A stretch of 64,000 nucleotides of DNA from NCBI GenBank assembly GCA_964016885.1, contig OZ024740.1:60450001-60514000 (forward strand), read 5' to 3'. The notes below the pieces were generated by a model, which made no database searches, had not been told where the DNA came from, and saw only the letters and a program-made list of their open reading frames with translations. The stretch comes from Eledone cirrhosa. Taxonomy: Eukaryota. The translations under genes and the position numbers were made by a program. Positions 15,173-27,709 of the stretch are shown piece by piece. The first letter of the stretch is position 1, and each line of letters opens with the position of its first letter.

Positions 15173-15694
15173 TATATTGGTAAAAGGAAAAGAAAATGCT
15201 GACAAATTGTTCCCAGTGAAAAATAGTTTAATTAGGAATAAGTAAAAATTAGTAATAGTATTGGTTAGTATTCAGTTTTAGTTTTAAGTTTTTACCGGTT
15301 GCGCATTTCTAATGCTTTTCAAAAATAATTTTGAGATAGAGCGCCCGTGATGTTTGCTCTAATCTGATTAGTTTTGGAAATTCTACCTGTTTTATGTGAA
15401 AAAAGTGGCTCCAGATGTATTAAAATAAGTTTCGCGCCAATTCGTGTTGCAAAAATTCTTGTGGTCAAAACAATTTTGATTGGTCAGTAGAGGTCATGTG
15501 AATGTTAAAAATTGATTTTGCGCCAAATGTTGGTTTGTCTCGGCTGAAAAATAAGTCTGAAAAATAAGTCTTTCAAGACAAATATGTGTGTGTGTGTGTA
15601 GTAAAGAGGTTCATTGTTGTGATAATAGTCAGTAGGGATGTGTGTGTGAATTGCAGTCATGTTGACAGGTCAACAGTTCAGATGCCTATTAAGA

Positions 15695-15779
<85 letters not shown>

Positions 15780-16680
15780 CAGAGTGATTCGTGGTAGAGG
15801 GATCGTTCAGTAGGAATGTGTCTGTACGTGTGTGGGGGATATTTTAACATGTTAAAAGATATTTTTCAGCTCTTGTCTTATACAGAGAAGTGTGTGTGTG
15901 TGTGTGTATGTCTCTTTGTATGTTAGTGTACGTGCGTGTATGTGTGTGTGTATACATGTGTGTGTGTGTGTGTGTATGTGTGTATGTGTGTGTGTGGGGG
16001 GGGGGGCAGTATTTTTGTGATACTGGTAAAAATGGTGTACATTATTCGATATTTTCAGTAAAAACGATTCTCTCAATAGAACATCAAAAACCTTAATAAT
16101 AAAAGGTGTGAAATGATATATAGTATTGTCATAACACCAAGGTGTGTGTGAGTGTGTCCAGATTGTACGTACTGCAAGGGGAATCCATTAGGCCCTGCCT
16201 TATTGGAATACTTGTATATTACACCTCTATTCTTTTAAATATATATATATATATATATATATATAGTGTATGTGTGTGTGTATGTGCGCAGGTGCATGTG
16301 TGTTCCTGTTGGTGCTGGTGAATTTGTTGTTTCTACAAAAGATGTACTCTAGTTTTAAATTGTTATAATACAGGCCAAAATCTAGTTGCAATTGATCAGC
16401 CCTAATCAAGCCAACATAGGATCAAATTGTTTTAGTGTAGTCCAAAATCTAGTTGCTAACATTCTGGTTAAATCCTCAGTTCAGCCTTGACCAAGCTGGC
16501 CTAATATTAAAATACGTCACAAATATAAGCATCGTATGCTATTTTTTCTGTATTTGTTTTTCAGATATAATATATCTGGGACATTATCTAACGAACGAAT
16601 CATTAAACTTTTTATATAATCGATTCTTTCATGAAATCTCTGACCTTCACCGACTTCAGGAACATACATACATAAATACA

Positions 16681-16772
16681 TAATTGTTTCTACTTTTGGC
16701 ACAAGGCCAGCTATTACCCCAGTGTATTACTGGTACTTTATTTTATCGACCGCGTAAGGTTGAAAGGCAAAA
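16681..16772 (-). mobile_element. tRNA-derived SINE family A, 3' fragment
   Basis: ATAATTGTTTCTACTTTTGGCACAAGGCCAGC..CTGGTACTTTATTTTATCGACC, shared with about a dozen copies in the window. Confidence 0.8.
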
Positions 16773-16787
16773 ATACATAATAAATCA

Positions 16788-17117
16788 TGATTAGTGGTTA
16801 AAGTACTGAGCTTGCAATCATGAGGTTGTGAGTTCGATTCTTAGCCCGGGTGATGCGTTGTGTCTTTGAGCAAGACTCTTTATTTTCACGTTGCTCCAGT
16901 TCACACAGCAGTAGAAATGAGTTGCAACGTCACTGGTGCCAGGCTGTATCGGCCATTGCATTTCCCTTGGACAACATGCGTGGAGAGAGGAGACCGGTAT
17001 GCATGGGCGACTGCTTGTCTTCAACAAACAACCTTGCTCGGACTTGTACATCGAAGGAGAACTTTCTAGGTGGACATCCCATGGTCATTTGTGACCGAAG
17101 GGGGTCTTTACCCTTTT
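16788..17117 (+). mobile_element. tRNA-derived SINE family B
   Basis: A-box-like TAGTGGTTA, B-box GAGTTCGATTC, GTGTCTTTGAGCAAGAC body, TTTACCCTTT tail; second full copy at 27220-27566. Confidence 0.8.
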
Positions 17118-17145
17118 ACATAATAAATCAGTAAACAGATTATAA

Positions 17146-17445
17146 TCTATATATATAAAACTGAGGATATCTGTCTGTGTGTGTGTGTGAGTTGGAATCC
17201 CTAAATTTGGAGAAGCACCCAACCGACTGTTTTCAAACTTTACACATGTAATACTTGAGTTTCAGGGAGTGTTCTGAGCAAAAGGATTTTCAAATTTTCA
17301 ATGCCCTAGGGACCGCATTAGGCGATTTAGCGATCTCTCTCTATAATTCTTAGTCTTTCTCTTTTTAGATAGATACATACATATAACGTCGCGCCATTAT
17401 AATATCTGTCTGTATGTCTGCATTACGTCACTTCCCTGAGGATGT

Positions 17446-17500
<55 letters not shown>

Positions 17501-18099
17501 TGTGAGTTTGAATCCCTAAAACTCGAGAAGTACCCAACCGACTTTTTTCAAACTTTACATGTGTATTACTTATGTTTCAGGGAGTGGTATGCACATAAAA
17601 CAATTCAACTTTTTGATCCCCTAGGCATTATGTAAAAAACTGCGTTTTTTCAGGTTTTTAGGGTCTTTTTGAGGCGTTACGTCAGACTGATTTCCTTGAA
17701 ATTGTAACTATGTATTAGTCAGTCTCTTCTTCATACCGTGAGCAAAGAAAATCCAACTTTTTTATGGCCTAGGGCCCGCATTAGGTGAAAAACTTCATTT
17801 TTTCATCTTTTTAGGGCTTTTTTGGGGCGTTACGTCTAGCAGATTTTCCCGAAATTTCAAGGCATATTATGCACATAAAAAAAATTCATTTTCTTGATCC
17901 CCTAGGGCCCGCATTAGGTGAAAACCTGCATTTTTCCTGCTTCCTCGAGGAAAATCTTAAAGATTATCCAGCCATCAGAGTATTCGGTTTATTTTCTTTA
18001 CATATTGTCCAGGCATGCAGTTTTTCAACGATTAGGTTTGTTGGCGGCCCCCGCGTTCCAAAATACCTTATCCTGTGCAACGCCGGGTACCACTGCTAG
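17146..18099 (+). mobile_element. Non-autonomous Helitron
   Basis: Starts TC after A, ends GCAACGCCGGGTACCACTGCTAG before T; no target duplication; homologous copy at 59620-60387 (-). Confidence 0.85.
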
Positions 18100-18294
18100 T
18101 ATACAATATATACAAACTAGAAAGGTGTAAAGCAAGTTTCATTAGTCGTAATATTCTATGTATTTTCATTCCTTATACAGGTTTTGGCCCAAAGGTTTAA
18201 TAGACATCCTGGATTGTCCCATTGACCTCCATTTTCTTTTTCTTAAAGACAGGATTGTAAGATTTGAAGAAAAAAATTGATTCTATTTATAGCA

Positions 18295-18521
18295 CGCTGA
18301 ACAGATTTTAAGGGCGAAACCAACAGGTAGGAGATCCAGGGGTAGACCCCGAGCAGAATGGCTTGATAACATCCTTGAGCTTGGCTGGTCACGCTTGGGG
18401 ATCAATTCGGATAAGTAGGAGACGATTGCTTCTGACAGGACTCGCTAGAGGGAGTGTTTGAGGACTCTGCCCCCACGACTCTCTCGGGAATAAATGGGCG
18501 AAGAAGAGGAGAAGAGAAGAA
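18295..18521 (+). mobile_element. Decayed RTE-type LINE 3' end
   Basis: Encodes GRRSRGRPRAEWLDNI-like sequence followed by a GAAGA-rich tail. Confidence 0.55.
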
Positions 18522-19220
18522 GTGTTCAATATATTACCACATTGCCTCTACTTAATTATCCGGAGTCATTCTATTGGCTCATTTTCGTTAATTCTCTTCG
18601 TTAATTTCATGCTTTGTAATAGAATAAGGAAGAGTTCAAGATCAATAAAGAAGAATGTATGTACAATAGACAAACGCGAAGAAAGCGAAATATAAGGTAG
18701 AACATCAGGAAAAGGAATAAAGGGAAGACTGTCCAGCAAACAAGGTAGCTTTGACATGCTAGAAATAGCAGCAACATCTCTCACAAATCATACTTTGATA
18801 CTCCGGCGTCCAGGGTCTCTATATCCCCCGTGAGACCGGAAATTTCTTCTTCAAGGGTAAAATTTGTTTTCTTTATTTATTCATTCATTTAGTTATCTCT
18901 CTTCCTAACCCCATGATGCGCCTAAGTGAAAGAAAACAGTCGATAGAGCGTCACAGACGAATTCAGAACGTAAAAAAACGAACCGAATTCACAACGTAAA
19001 AACGCCAAACCATGGCAGAAGGTTGCCAGTCCGTGGCAACCCTCTGCCATATATTTGAACTCTACATACAGAGCCGGAACAAATGCCGTAAATATCTAAT
19101 CCAACTCTTTAATAACTCTCCCAATTCACTGCTCTAGGGGCTAAACAACAACAACAGAAAATGTTGATTATGGAAGTGATGCGTTGTCTACTGCGTTACT
19201 CAAGGGGAGAGCTTTTATAC

Positions 19221-19737
19221 CAGAGGTCCTTAAACGTTTTGGGTCACCACCCACCTCACGGCCACGTAATACCCTCAATGCCCCCAACCCTATTTCCAGA
19301 GAGACCTGCCTACACACAAATTGTAAATAATATATAAATAAAATCGTATAATAAGTAATATAATATATACTATGTATAAATAAATATATATATTTTTACT
19401 TAATCATAATTATATATATATTATGTATCGTTTGATATTTAATATACTATTATATCATTTCTACTGGAACCTGAATCAACCCTTGGTGGTTATCTCCTCT
19501 ATTGGAGAATTTTCATTGTTGTATTTTTCTTGTTTATTGTTAATGTTTTCCTATTTTTTACTCGATTTTTGTGTCAAACCCTCACTGTCCCCGGCTATTG
19601 TATTGTCCCCTCTATGTCGGCCCTTGTAGCCAATAAATGAAACCATTATATCATATCTACTGCCCCTAATCCCAGCGCCTCCTGGACCTTCTCAACGCTC
19701 CTCGGCAGGTCAGTAGCGCCCACTTTGAGAACCTCTG
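19221..19737. mobile_element. hAT-like MITE
   Basis: Terminal repeats CAGAGGTCCTTAAA / TTTGAGAACCTCTG; candidate 8-bp target duplication TTTTATAC / TTATATAC after removing the adjacent piggyBac-type MITE. Confidence 0.6.
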
Positions 19738-19741
19738 TTAA

Positions 19742-19962
19742 CCCTTTAGCATTTAGAGTACTCTATATATACTATTGTATTTTCGTGGTAAAAACTTTAC
19801 CTCACATAATTATCTCACGTAATATCAAATGTATGAGATTTTGATATTATTTATTTTGAGAACAATACATTAACATCAGTATGAGCAGCAGATTACAGCC
19901 GGTTTGAACAGAAAGAAGTGAGAGAATTCTGGCCGGATATGGCCTGTTTAAATACTAAAGGG
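19742..19962. mobile_element. piggyBac-like MITE
   Basis: TTAA-CCCTTTAGCATTTA ... TAAATACTAAAGGG-TTAT. Confidence 0.7.
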
Positions 19963-20327
19963 TTATATACGGTCGCCCATCCTGTTAGAAATAGCAGCCA
20001 AATCTCTCCCTCAGACATTAAACACTACTGTATTGCAAAAAAGAAAAATACATATTAGATGATGTAGTCATAAATTACAATGGAATGGTCACGATTGGAA
20101 GGCCGTTAATCATAGGTCTACACGATAAGAGCCTGGCATGAGGTTAAACAACAGTAACAACTCCAGAAACAATAATATCAGCATCAACAGTAACAAAGAC
20201 AATATGGAGAAGTAGATAAACAAAAGAGAAGATTAAAATGGAATAAAATATAAAGTGAACAATAAAACAAACAAAAAGAGGAAAAAGATAAAAATATGAA
20301 AATATGCAGAAAAAATGAAGTAGACAT

Positions 20328-20455
20328 AATAACTGTTTCTACTTTAGGCACAAGGCCAGCAATTACCCAGTGCGTTACTGGTACTTTATTTCATCGACCC
20401 CGTAAGGATGAAAGGCAAAGTCAACCTCGGCGGGATTTGAACTCAGATCGTAAAG
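20328..20455 (-). mobile_element. SINE family A copy
   Basis: Same body as the other copies, including GGATTTGAACTCAG (reverse B-box). Confidence 0.8.
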
Positions 20456-20481
20456 GGAAGTAGACATAATAACTGAAAGAA

Positions 20482-20648
20482 AAGTAGTAGTAGTAGTAGC
20501 AGCAGCAGCAACAGCAGCATCAGTAGTAGTAGTAGTAGTAGTAGTAATGGTGGTAGCAGTAGTAGTAGTAGTTGTTATTGTTGTAATGGTAGTAGTAGTA
20601 GTAGTGATGGTAGTAGTAGTAGTAGTAGTAGTAGTAGCAACAGCAGCA
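20482..20648. repeat. (TAG)n/(CAG)n trinucleotide microsatellite
   Basis: Direct reading. Confidence 0.9.
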
Positions 20649-21436
20649 TATAAAAAAATTGAAGAACGAGAGGAACTTGTAATACATAGCGCGATTTGAA
20701 AAAGAAATATTCCGATCACATAATATAGTGTTATAAGATGCCCTTGTGTGTAATACTAACTGTTATAGAAAGAAACGGGTACAATATAAAGCCTTTAGCG
20801 GTAGATCACGTTGACCGAGAAGATAGGAGCAAGTTGTAATGCTCAATAAGCTAGAAGAAGCAAAGCACAACAACAAGAACATGTAAGAGAGGAAAAGCAA
20901 TTATATGAAAACACTACAGAATAAACGAATTAGAACAGCTTGTGAGGAAAGGTTTGCAAGTGAAGTTGGCCAGAAAGGGATATGGACTGCATTGCAGCTA
21001 TAGAATTATCTGCTGGTTCTTAGATATACTATTCAGCAGATATCTGAATAAGAATCAATAATCATCGCAGCATCAATAAAAACATTAAATATTCAAGGAG
21101 ATAATATTTCTTTTTACTTTAGTCTCTCTTTAACGATGAGAAATAGTTTTGAAACATCAAAATATTTATGAACTTTTCCTCTGTATTCAGGTTAACAAAG
21201 CAAGTTGTTGAATAGAATCGGTGTTTTCAAATATATACAGCTGCACTCAGGTTATTACGATATGCATATACGAATTCTTATATATCATACTTAACTATGC
21301 ACATGTTATATATGTCCATTAAGGCGTGTGGTGGATATATATATATAACATATAACCGGTTTCGATTCCTACCTGGAAGCCATTTAAATTTATGCAAGTC
21401 TATATGACCTATAGCATTACTTTTTTTTCATATATA

Positions 21437-21744
21437 CAGGGTGGGCCAGAATTCATGACTCGCTTGTTAGTTATATTTCTTAACATGCTTATTTTATTGT
21501 TATTGTATGGTTTTAATTTATTATTTTATTTCTTAATATGCCTCACAGGTTTCTTAATTTATATTTTTATTTCTTAATATGCCTCACAGGTTTTTATTTA
21601 TTTTTTCTAAATTTGATTAACCATGGCACATCTTTTGCTAAGCTTGGAAAAACGTGTTCAATGTGTGAGATTATTTGTTTTATAACATATTGTGTTAATA
21701 GATCTATAGATAATCAAGTGAGTCATGAATTCTGGCCCACCCTG
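21437..21744. mobile_element. Tc1/mariner-type MITE
   Basis: ~30-bp terminal inverted repeats CAGGGTGGGCCAGAATTCATGACTC(G/A)CTTG, TA on both sides; internal ~40-bp tandem duplication. Confidence 0.85.
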
Positions 21745-22921
21745 TATATGAGAAAAATATTATATATATGTTATAAAGAGAAAGTCATATATCTGGTGGA
21801 ATTTGAATTGATTGTAAAGCGGTACATTATTGAAGTGAAACTGCTGTTGAAAGGCAAGGTATTGTCACGCATGATTATTCGGTTAAGAAATTCGTTACGC
21901 AACAACGTAGTTTTAGGGTTGATTCCAGTGTTTCGAATCTTGGACAAATCCACATTCAACCAAAGTTTTCTGAATGGAATTTGGTGTACGAAAACAGTAT
22001 GACGAGAATGTTCCAGCCTTTGGCAAGTAAACCTAATCCGTTGCCTAATTTAACAGAACTATCTTCACAATGAGAGCCTTTCGTAGAGTTCACTCATTTG
22101 CACCAACCAGGAATATCCTGGAAAGGGTCATGGATATGGCCCTTCTTCCTCTGATGGAGACTAATCAAGCGCAAGATTGGAACTCTGATCAATGAAACAG
22201 TGAATCAATTTTATAGATCACCAACGTATAAATTTCTACAATTTTTGTCAAGAAATTAAATGATACAATCAAAACACATACATACATTCAGCCATGTAGT
22301 TGCATCAATGTGAGAGAAAACTAGACGTTGTGAGAGCCACGTCTTTCCCAAGGGTATAAGTTAACGTGCAAACATTATATATAATCTAGCAATCTGTCTT
22401 ACTTTTTTTTAAAGAAAATTCATATTAACAATGTTATCTGTTTGTTTATGAAGGAAATTTGAATGAATGAATAAATAAGTAAATTAATTTAAAGATAACT
22501 GACTCAACAGATAAATAAATAATCACATGTTCGAAACCTATTTAAAATTATAAATGCACAAGTTGAAATATCTAACCTAATTTTCAGTTCATCTTATTGA
22601 GATAAGTTTTTCATATAGACGTTGAAATATCGGTGCAATCAGAAACCAGATTTACACTGTCAATATGATAAAGTTCATAAGCATGATCTCTTGATATGAA
22701 CATTTTAATTAATAGTTAATCAGATACATCTTTCTTGAACGACTTATACACATTAAATTTAAAGAAGTGTTTTTATATTCATAAATAATAAACAATTGAA
22801 GTTAATTAGTCAGATAACAAGTCTGCTTGAAAAAACAGTAATTTTGTTCAAAAGGCAAAGGTAATAAGACAAACTAAGGCAAATCAAAGCATCATATTTG
22901 TTGTTGATGTTTAACTCCAAA

Positions 22922-23740
22922 TCAACAGAGGGTACTTGCAGAAACATGACAACAACATACATAGGCGAGACAGCTCGTAGCATAGGTGAAAGGATAGACC
23001 ATCACTGGGGGGAACTAAAAGGACGAAAAAACGGGTCAGTACTATACGAACATGCCAGACAACAACACGACGGTAACATAGACAACATAGAAATTAGAAT
23101 AATATCTAAACATAGAAATGACCCAGCAGATAGGCAAATCAGAGAGGCCAGTGAAATAGAACTTAGAAGGCCAAGACTAAACAGAAAGAATGAATGGAAT
23201 AACAACAACACCCAAACAAACAACACTGACCTAAGAGAAGTATAAATAAATAAATAGATAAATAAATAAATAAATACATACACAAGCACAATAACAACAA
23301 ACACATATAAACACACACTAGTAAAGATAGAATACATTAACCGATACACATCAAACAAAACACTATACACACACGCAAACGCATGCGCAAAGAAGACAAA
23401 ATAAAATAAACAAACAAACAAATAAATAAATAAATATATAGACAGACTAAATAAAAATGGCGTAGACATACAATGTAACGGGAGGAAACAATAGCACCAC
23501 TGACGATGTTGCAGATGTGCAGCGAAAGAACTTTGATAAACTATATATATGTGTTTGTGTCTATATTGTATCTGTATTATTTTTGACCGTCGGTCAGTCA
23601 ATGGCAACATTGAGGACCGAGTAAGTTAGATTACAGATATAAAAGACACAGAAGCGAAAACCAACCAAACAGTGAGTGTGTTCTGTTATTAATTCTGGCA
23701 ATATTACACAAATATGACCCTCCCCAAGTATAACAACATT
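22922..23740 (+). mobile_element. 5'-truncated Neptune-type PLE (GIY-YIG C-terminus + pLTR)
   Basis: YIGETARSIGERIDHH..SVLYEHA..RQIREA..LNRKNEW, homologous to 9900-10200; the 3' end ATGACCCTCCCCAAGTATAAC matches 10685-10705. Confidence 0.88.
23496..23538 (+). ncRNA. Minimal hammerhead motif (weak stem I)
   Basis: CTGACGA-T-GTTGCA/TGCAGC-GAAA-G(AA)C-TT; same position as the 10507 HHR. Confidence 0.65.
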
Positions 23741-23825
23741 CATTGAGATTATCTTCAAATGCATTCAATCTATGGTCGTCCCATTTATATTTACTTTTTG
23801 GAAGTATTGTAAGTCAGACTATTAT

Positions 23826-24017
23826 ATTAGCGGTGGAGCCCATGGCAGTGAAGACTTCTGGTGTCCTTGGCCCTAGCACTACCTCCCTGCCACCACCATC
23901 GGCACAGAGTTGGCTTCTCGCAGGTGTGAGCCTCACGAGCTGGAATGGTTCTTCCAGCGCGTCTCCCTCACCATCCTCTGGGGAAACGCCTTCTCTATTC
24001 TGTCCGCCGGGGACGTA
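23826..24017 (+). pseudogene. CRE-clade non-LTR retrotransposon C-terminal (restriction-like endonuclease) fragment
   Basis: PMAVKTSGVLGP then WFFQRVSLTILWGNAFSIL; homologous to 62785-63092. Confidence 0.7.
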
Positions 24018-24989
24018 GGGCGGCCAGCGCGTGGGACCCCATTTGCTCACAATGGTGAGAATTGGGGAAAGCGGGAGAGACGGGGCGGTGACAGTGAGAG
24101 TTTAGTTCCTTTGCATTCGGACATGGTCTATACAACAGAGAATGAGTATTTGGTAGTATCTACAATAACAAACTATTCACAGGAACTCTCTCTTGTTTTA
24201 CACCTCCCTCTCTTTCCCATCAAGCATATTTTTTTTGTTTCGAGACGATTATGTGGTTTGAAGAAACTGGAACTTTGGTAGCTATTTTATGCGGGTAGAG
24301 CGAACACGTAAAAGCTGCATGCTAAAAAGATACTAGTCTATGCCATCCTCAATCACATGATCAAGAACGTCTCTAAATTAATTTTGTAGAAGCTACAATT
24401 AGATATTAGACTGTGATCACATCACGGCTTATATGATATTTACTGGGGTATAAATCTAGAAGAAACGAATCAACCAGGAAACATGCATCAACAGTCATTA
24501 TCCATCTGAAACCTTTCAACACAGTTAATTGTCTAACACAGTGGATTATCATTGAAACGCTTGGTTACCAAGAAAAAAAATGAAATCAAATCATCCGTCA
24601 CATTCACGATGGCCTGAATGGACCAGAGTCATTAAAGTATTGACAAACTATCTGTTTTTATTAATATTTATAATAGTGTAAAGCAAGTTGGCTCCATCGG
24701 GCGTGGTTTGAATAATGCCCTTCAAAATGTCGATCGTGATTGCTGTCTACTTTATACAGATCCGGATTAAGTTTTGAGGGCCTAAACACTTAAAAGATTA
24801 TGGTGCCACCCCTATATATAAAGTCTACAAAAATGTTTTTTGGAATGAAAAATACGTCCCTTCTTCCCTTGACGCCCTAAGCATGTGCTTATTTGCTTAA
24901 TGGTTAATCCAGCTCTAATCTTAAATTCAGTTTCCTTCAGCTTGTGGCAATTAAATTCACAAACGAAGAGGTCCAATATATTTATGGAG

Positions 24990-26000
24990 AGATTAAGAAC
25001 TTCCTTTCTTTCCCTTGCACCAGTTCTTTCAATTCTTGCACTTAATTCAGCCTCCTGTCTTCCATCACTCTGAACACGAGTCCGAGATATTTGAAATTTT
25101 CCACCTGCTTCAGAAAACTTCACATATAGAGTGCACTGTGCAGGTGTCCTTGGGAGGACAAATGTTTCAGTTTTCGCAGCACTGATAAGGGGCAGGAACT
25201 AGTGGAGGAGGCTAGATGGTACCAGCTAGATATAGTTGGGGTTTCCTCAACAAAGTTCCGTGACTCTAGTACTGTAGATTTGAATGGAGGATGGAAACTC
25301 CACTATTCAGGTGTGGCGCCAGAAATGACTGCGCAGGTAACAGTGGGAATACTCACAAGCCCCAGCTTGTCATAATATGTTATGGACTGGATCCTATTAG
25401 GAGGGAGGATTTGTCTCTTGAAGCATAGGCTGAAAGATACATCTCTGTGGTGGTGCAGAGTCCGAATACTGATCCTTCCTTGATGAAGTCACTGCAGCGT
25501 GAGATGTAGTTAAGACTGAGTCATATATCCTGATGGATGACTTCAATGCAGATGTTGGCACTGACGACCTGACATGGAAAGGAGTGATTGGATGGAAAGG
25601 CAGCCTCGATCTAAATACGAATGGAGAGGCCTTATTATACTTCTTTTCTAGCAATGGACTCTCTATTATTAACACCTTCTTCCGGCACAGAGACAGCCAT
25701 AAATATACATGGTATAAGGGGAATCAGGGACAGAGATCAATAATCGATTTTGTTATTGTCTCTGATCTCTTTGATTCTGTACTGAATATTCGTGTTAAGA
25801 GAAGGGCTGAGCTGTCAACTGATCACCATCTAGTTATCTTCAACTTGAGACTACATAAAGCCAAAGAAGCCCACAGAATGAAGTGGTAGGCGTTGGTGGA
25901 TAAGCATACAATGACCAAATGTGTAGATACTATTACACCCAAATTCAGAAGATTCTCTGTGCAAACTAAGGACGTTGAGATAGAGTGGAGATTATTCAGC
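24990..26000. mobile_element. Decayed RTE-type LINE pieces: RT fragment (-, ~24990-25165) abutting an APE endonuclease fragment (+, ~25170-26000)
   Basis: Minus: KQVENFKYLG. Plus: DFNADVG..NGLSIINTFFRH..YTW..IDFVIV..TDHHLV. Confidence 0.75.
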
Positions 26001-27219
26001 TAAAAAAAATATTAAAAATTAAAAATTCTAGAATCGGCAAATACTTCCATTCAAATATATATTGGAATAGAAATTTCAACGATGTATTAATGCGAATTCT
26101 AATTTATAAAAATGTTTTACTATATTATTCTCTTTCCTTTTCTATAATATTTCGATCTTTTTTCAAATAATAAAGTAGAATAAATAAGGAAAAAAAAACC
26201 AATACAAGTCATACACAAATATATTAACCGCCGGCTGTCAAGGCAGAGCCGAACCTATTCAAGCCGAACTGATGCATATTTTATTAAAAATCGACATTCA
26301 AATTATTGTTCAACAACATATGTCACAATACATCGACTAGAACTTATATACACATTTTAAAACCATAATAGATCTAGCCGTGATGGTCGTGAGATACAAT
26401 TTTCTATGATTCAGCGATTAGTTGCTTTCTGCATTCCAGGGGTAGAATGGTTCGAAACTGAATGCTAACTTTTGACCACAAATATATAAACCAGTGGAAG
26501 TTACTTTTTCATTCAACCAAACAGGGGCCCTGAACTCTTCGTGGTGTCGTAGGGGCGCCATCCTGACATACTGTGTGTAATGGGAATTTAAACCTGGTGG
26601 AACTCATCACTCTTTAGATCTGATCACAGCCGATTTCTTCCAGAGAAAGGACTGACAAAGGGAAAGAGATACAGAAGAAGAATCGACCTCAGGACTGGAC
26701 AGACACATTATTTATCGACCTCGAAAGTCGAAAGGATGAAGAAAGGCAAAGTTGATCTCACTGGGATATGAACTCAGAGCACAGAGAGCCAGAACATATA
26801 GCGCAAAGTATTTTATCCGACATTCTAATTATTCTGCAAATTCGCCGTCTAGATATTCTTACATATCACCTCAAGAGGGGTTGTTGATAGGATTGTTGAA
26901 CGTTATAGTTTCAGCCCAGTATTGACAGCTATTCACTAATATTTGTCTATCTCCCTTTTGGTTCATTCCACTTAATTATTTTTAAAAAAACTAGCTGTTG
27001 AAATGGCAGGATCTCAGTCGTCGGAGTCCCGACTCTTTAAAAAAATTATTTTTAAAAAATAAAAATACAAACGAAGAACACAGAACTCCAGAGTCATCGG
27101 CTGCTAGGATGAACTTTTGCTGGTCCACCCGGGGTAACAGCGTCTGACATGAGCTTAACGCTGCCCAATGGAGTAAGAGACGAGAGACAAAACATTGATT
27201 TATAGTGTGCGTGTTTCAT

Positions 27220-27566
27220 GGCGCATGGTTTAGTGGTTAGAGCGTTGTGTTTGCATTAGGTAGGTTGTGAGTTCAATTCTCAGACCGGATGATGAGTTGT
27301 CTCCTTGAGCAAGACACTTTATTTCACGTTGATCTAGTTTACTCAACTGTAGAAATAGGTTGCGACGTCACTGGTGTCAAGCTCTATCGGCTTTTGTCTT
27401 TTCCTTGGACAACATCGGTGGCGTGGAGAGGGGAAGCTGGTAGGCATGGGCGACTGCTCGTCTTCCACAAACAACCTTCGCCAGGCTTATGCCTCGGAGG
27501 GCAACTTTCTAGGTGCAAATCCCATGGTCATTCGTGACTGAGGCAGGTCTTTACCCTTTACCCTTT
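27220..27566 (+). mobile_element. SINE family B copy
   Basis: GGCGCATGGTTTAGTGGTTAGAGCG head; colinear with 16788-17117. Confidence 0.8.
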
Positions 27567-27709
27567 TATATATATGTGTGTACATTGTATATACCTCATT
27601 TTATTGATTACATAATCGCTGTTATACGTATTTTTATGGTAACTGTTATGTAATAGTTACCACATCAGAAAGTTATTACCCGAACAGAAAATTACATGAA
27701 TATAAATAA

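Noticed and set aside
16788-16860. Functional tRNA genes
   Set aside because: The tRNA-like heads run into SINE bodies and do not form a full cloverleaf.
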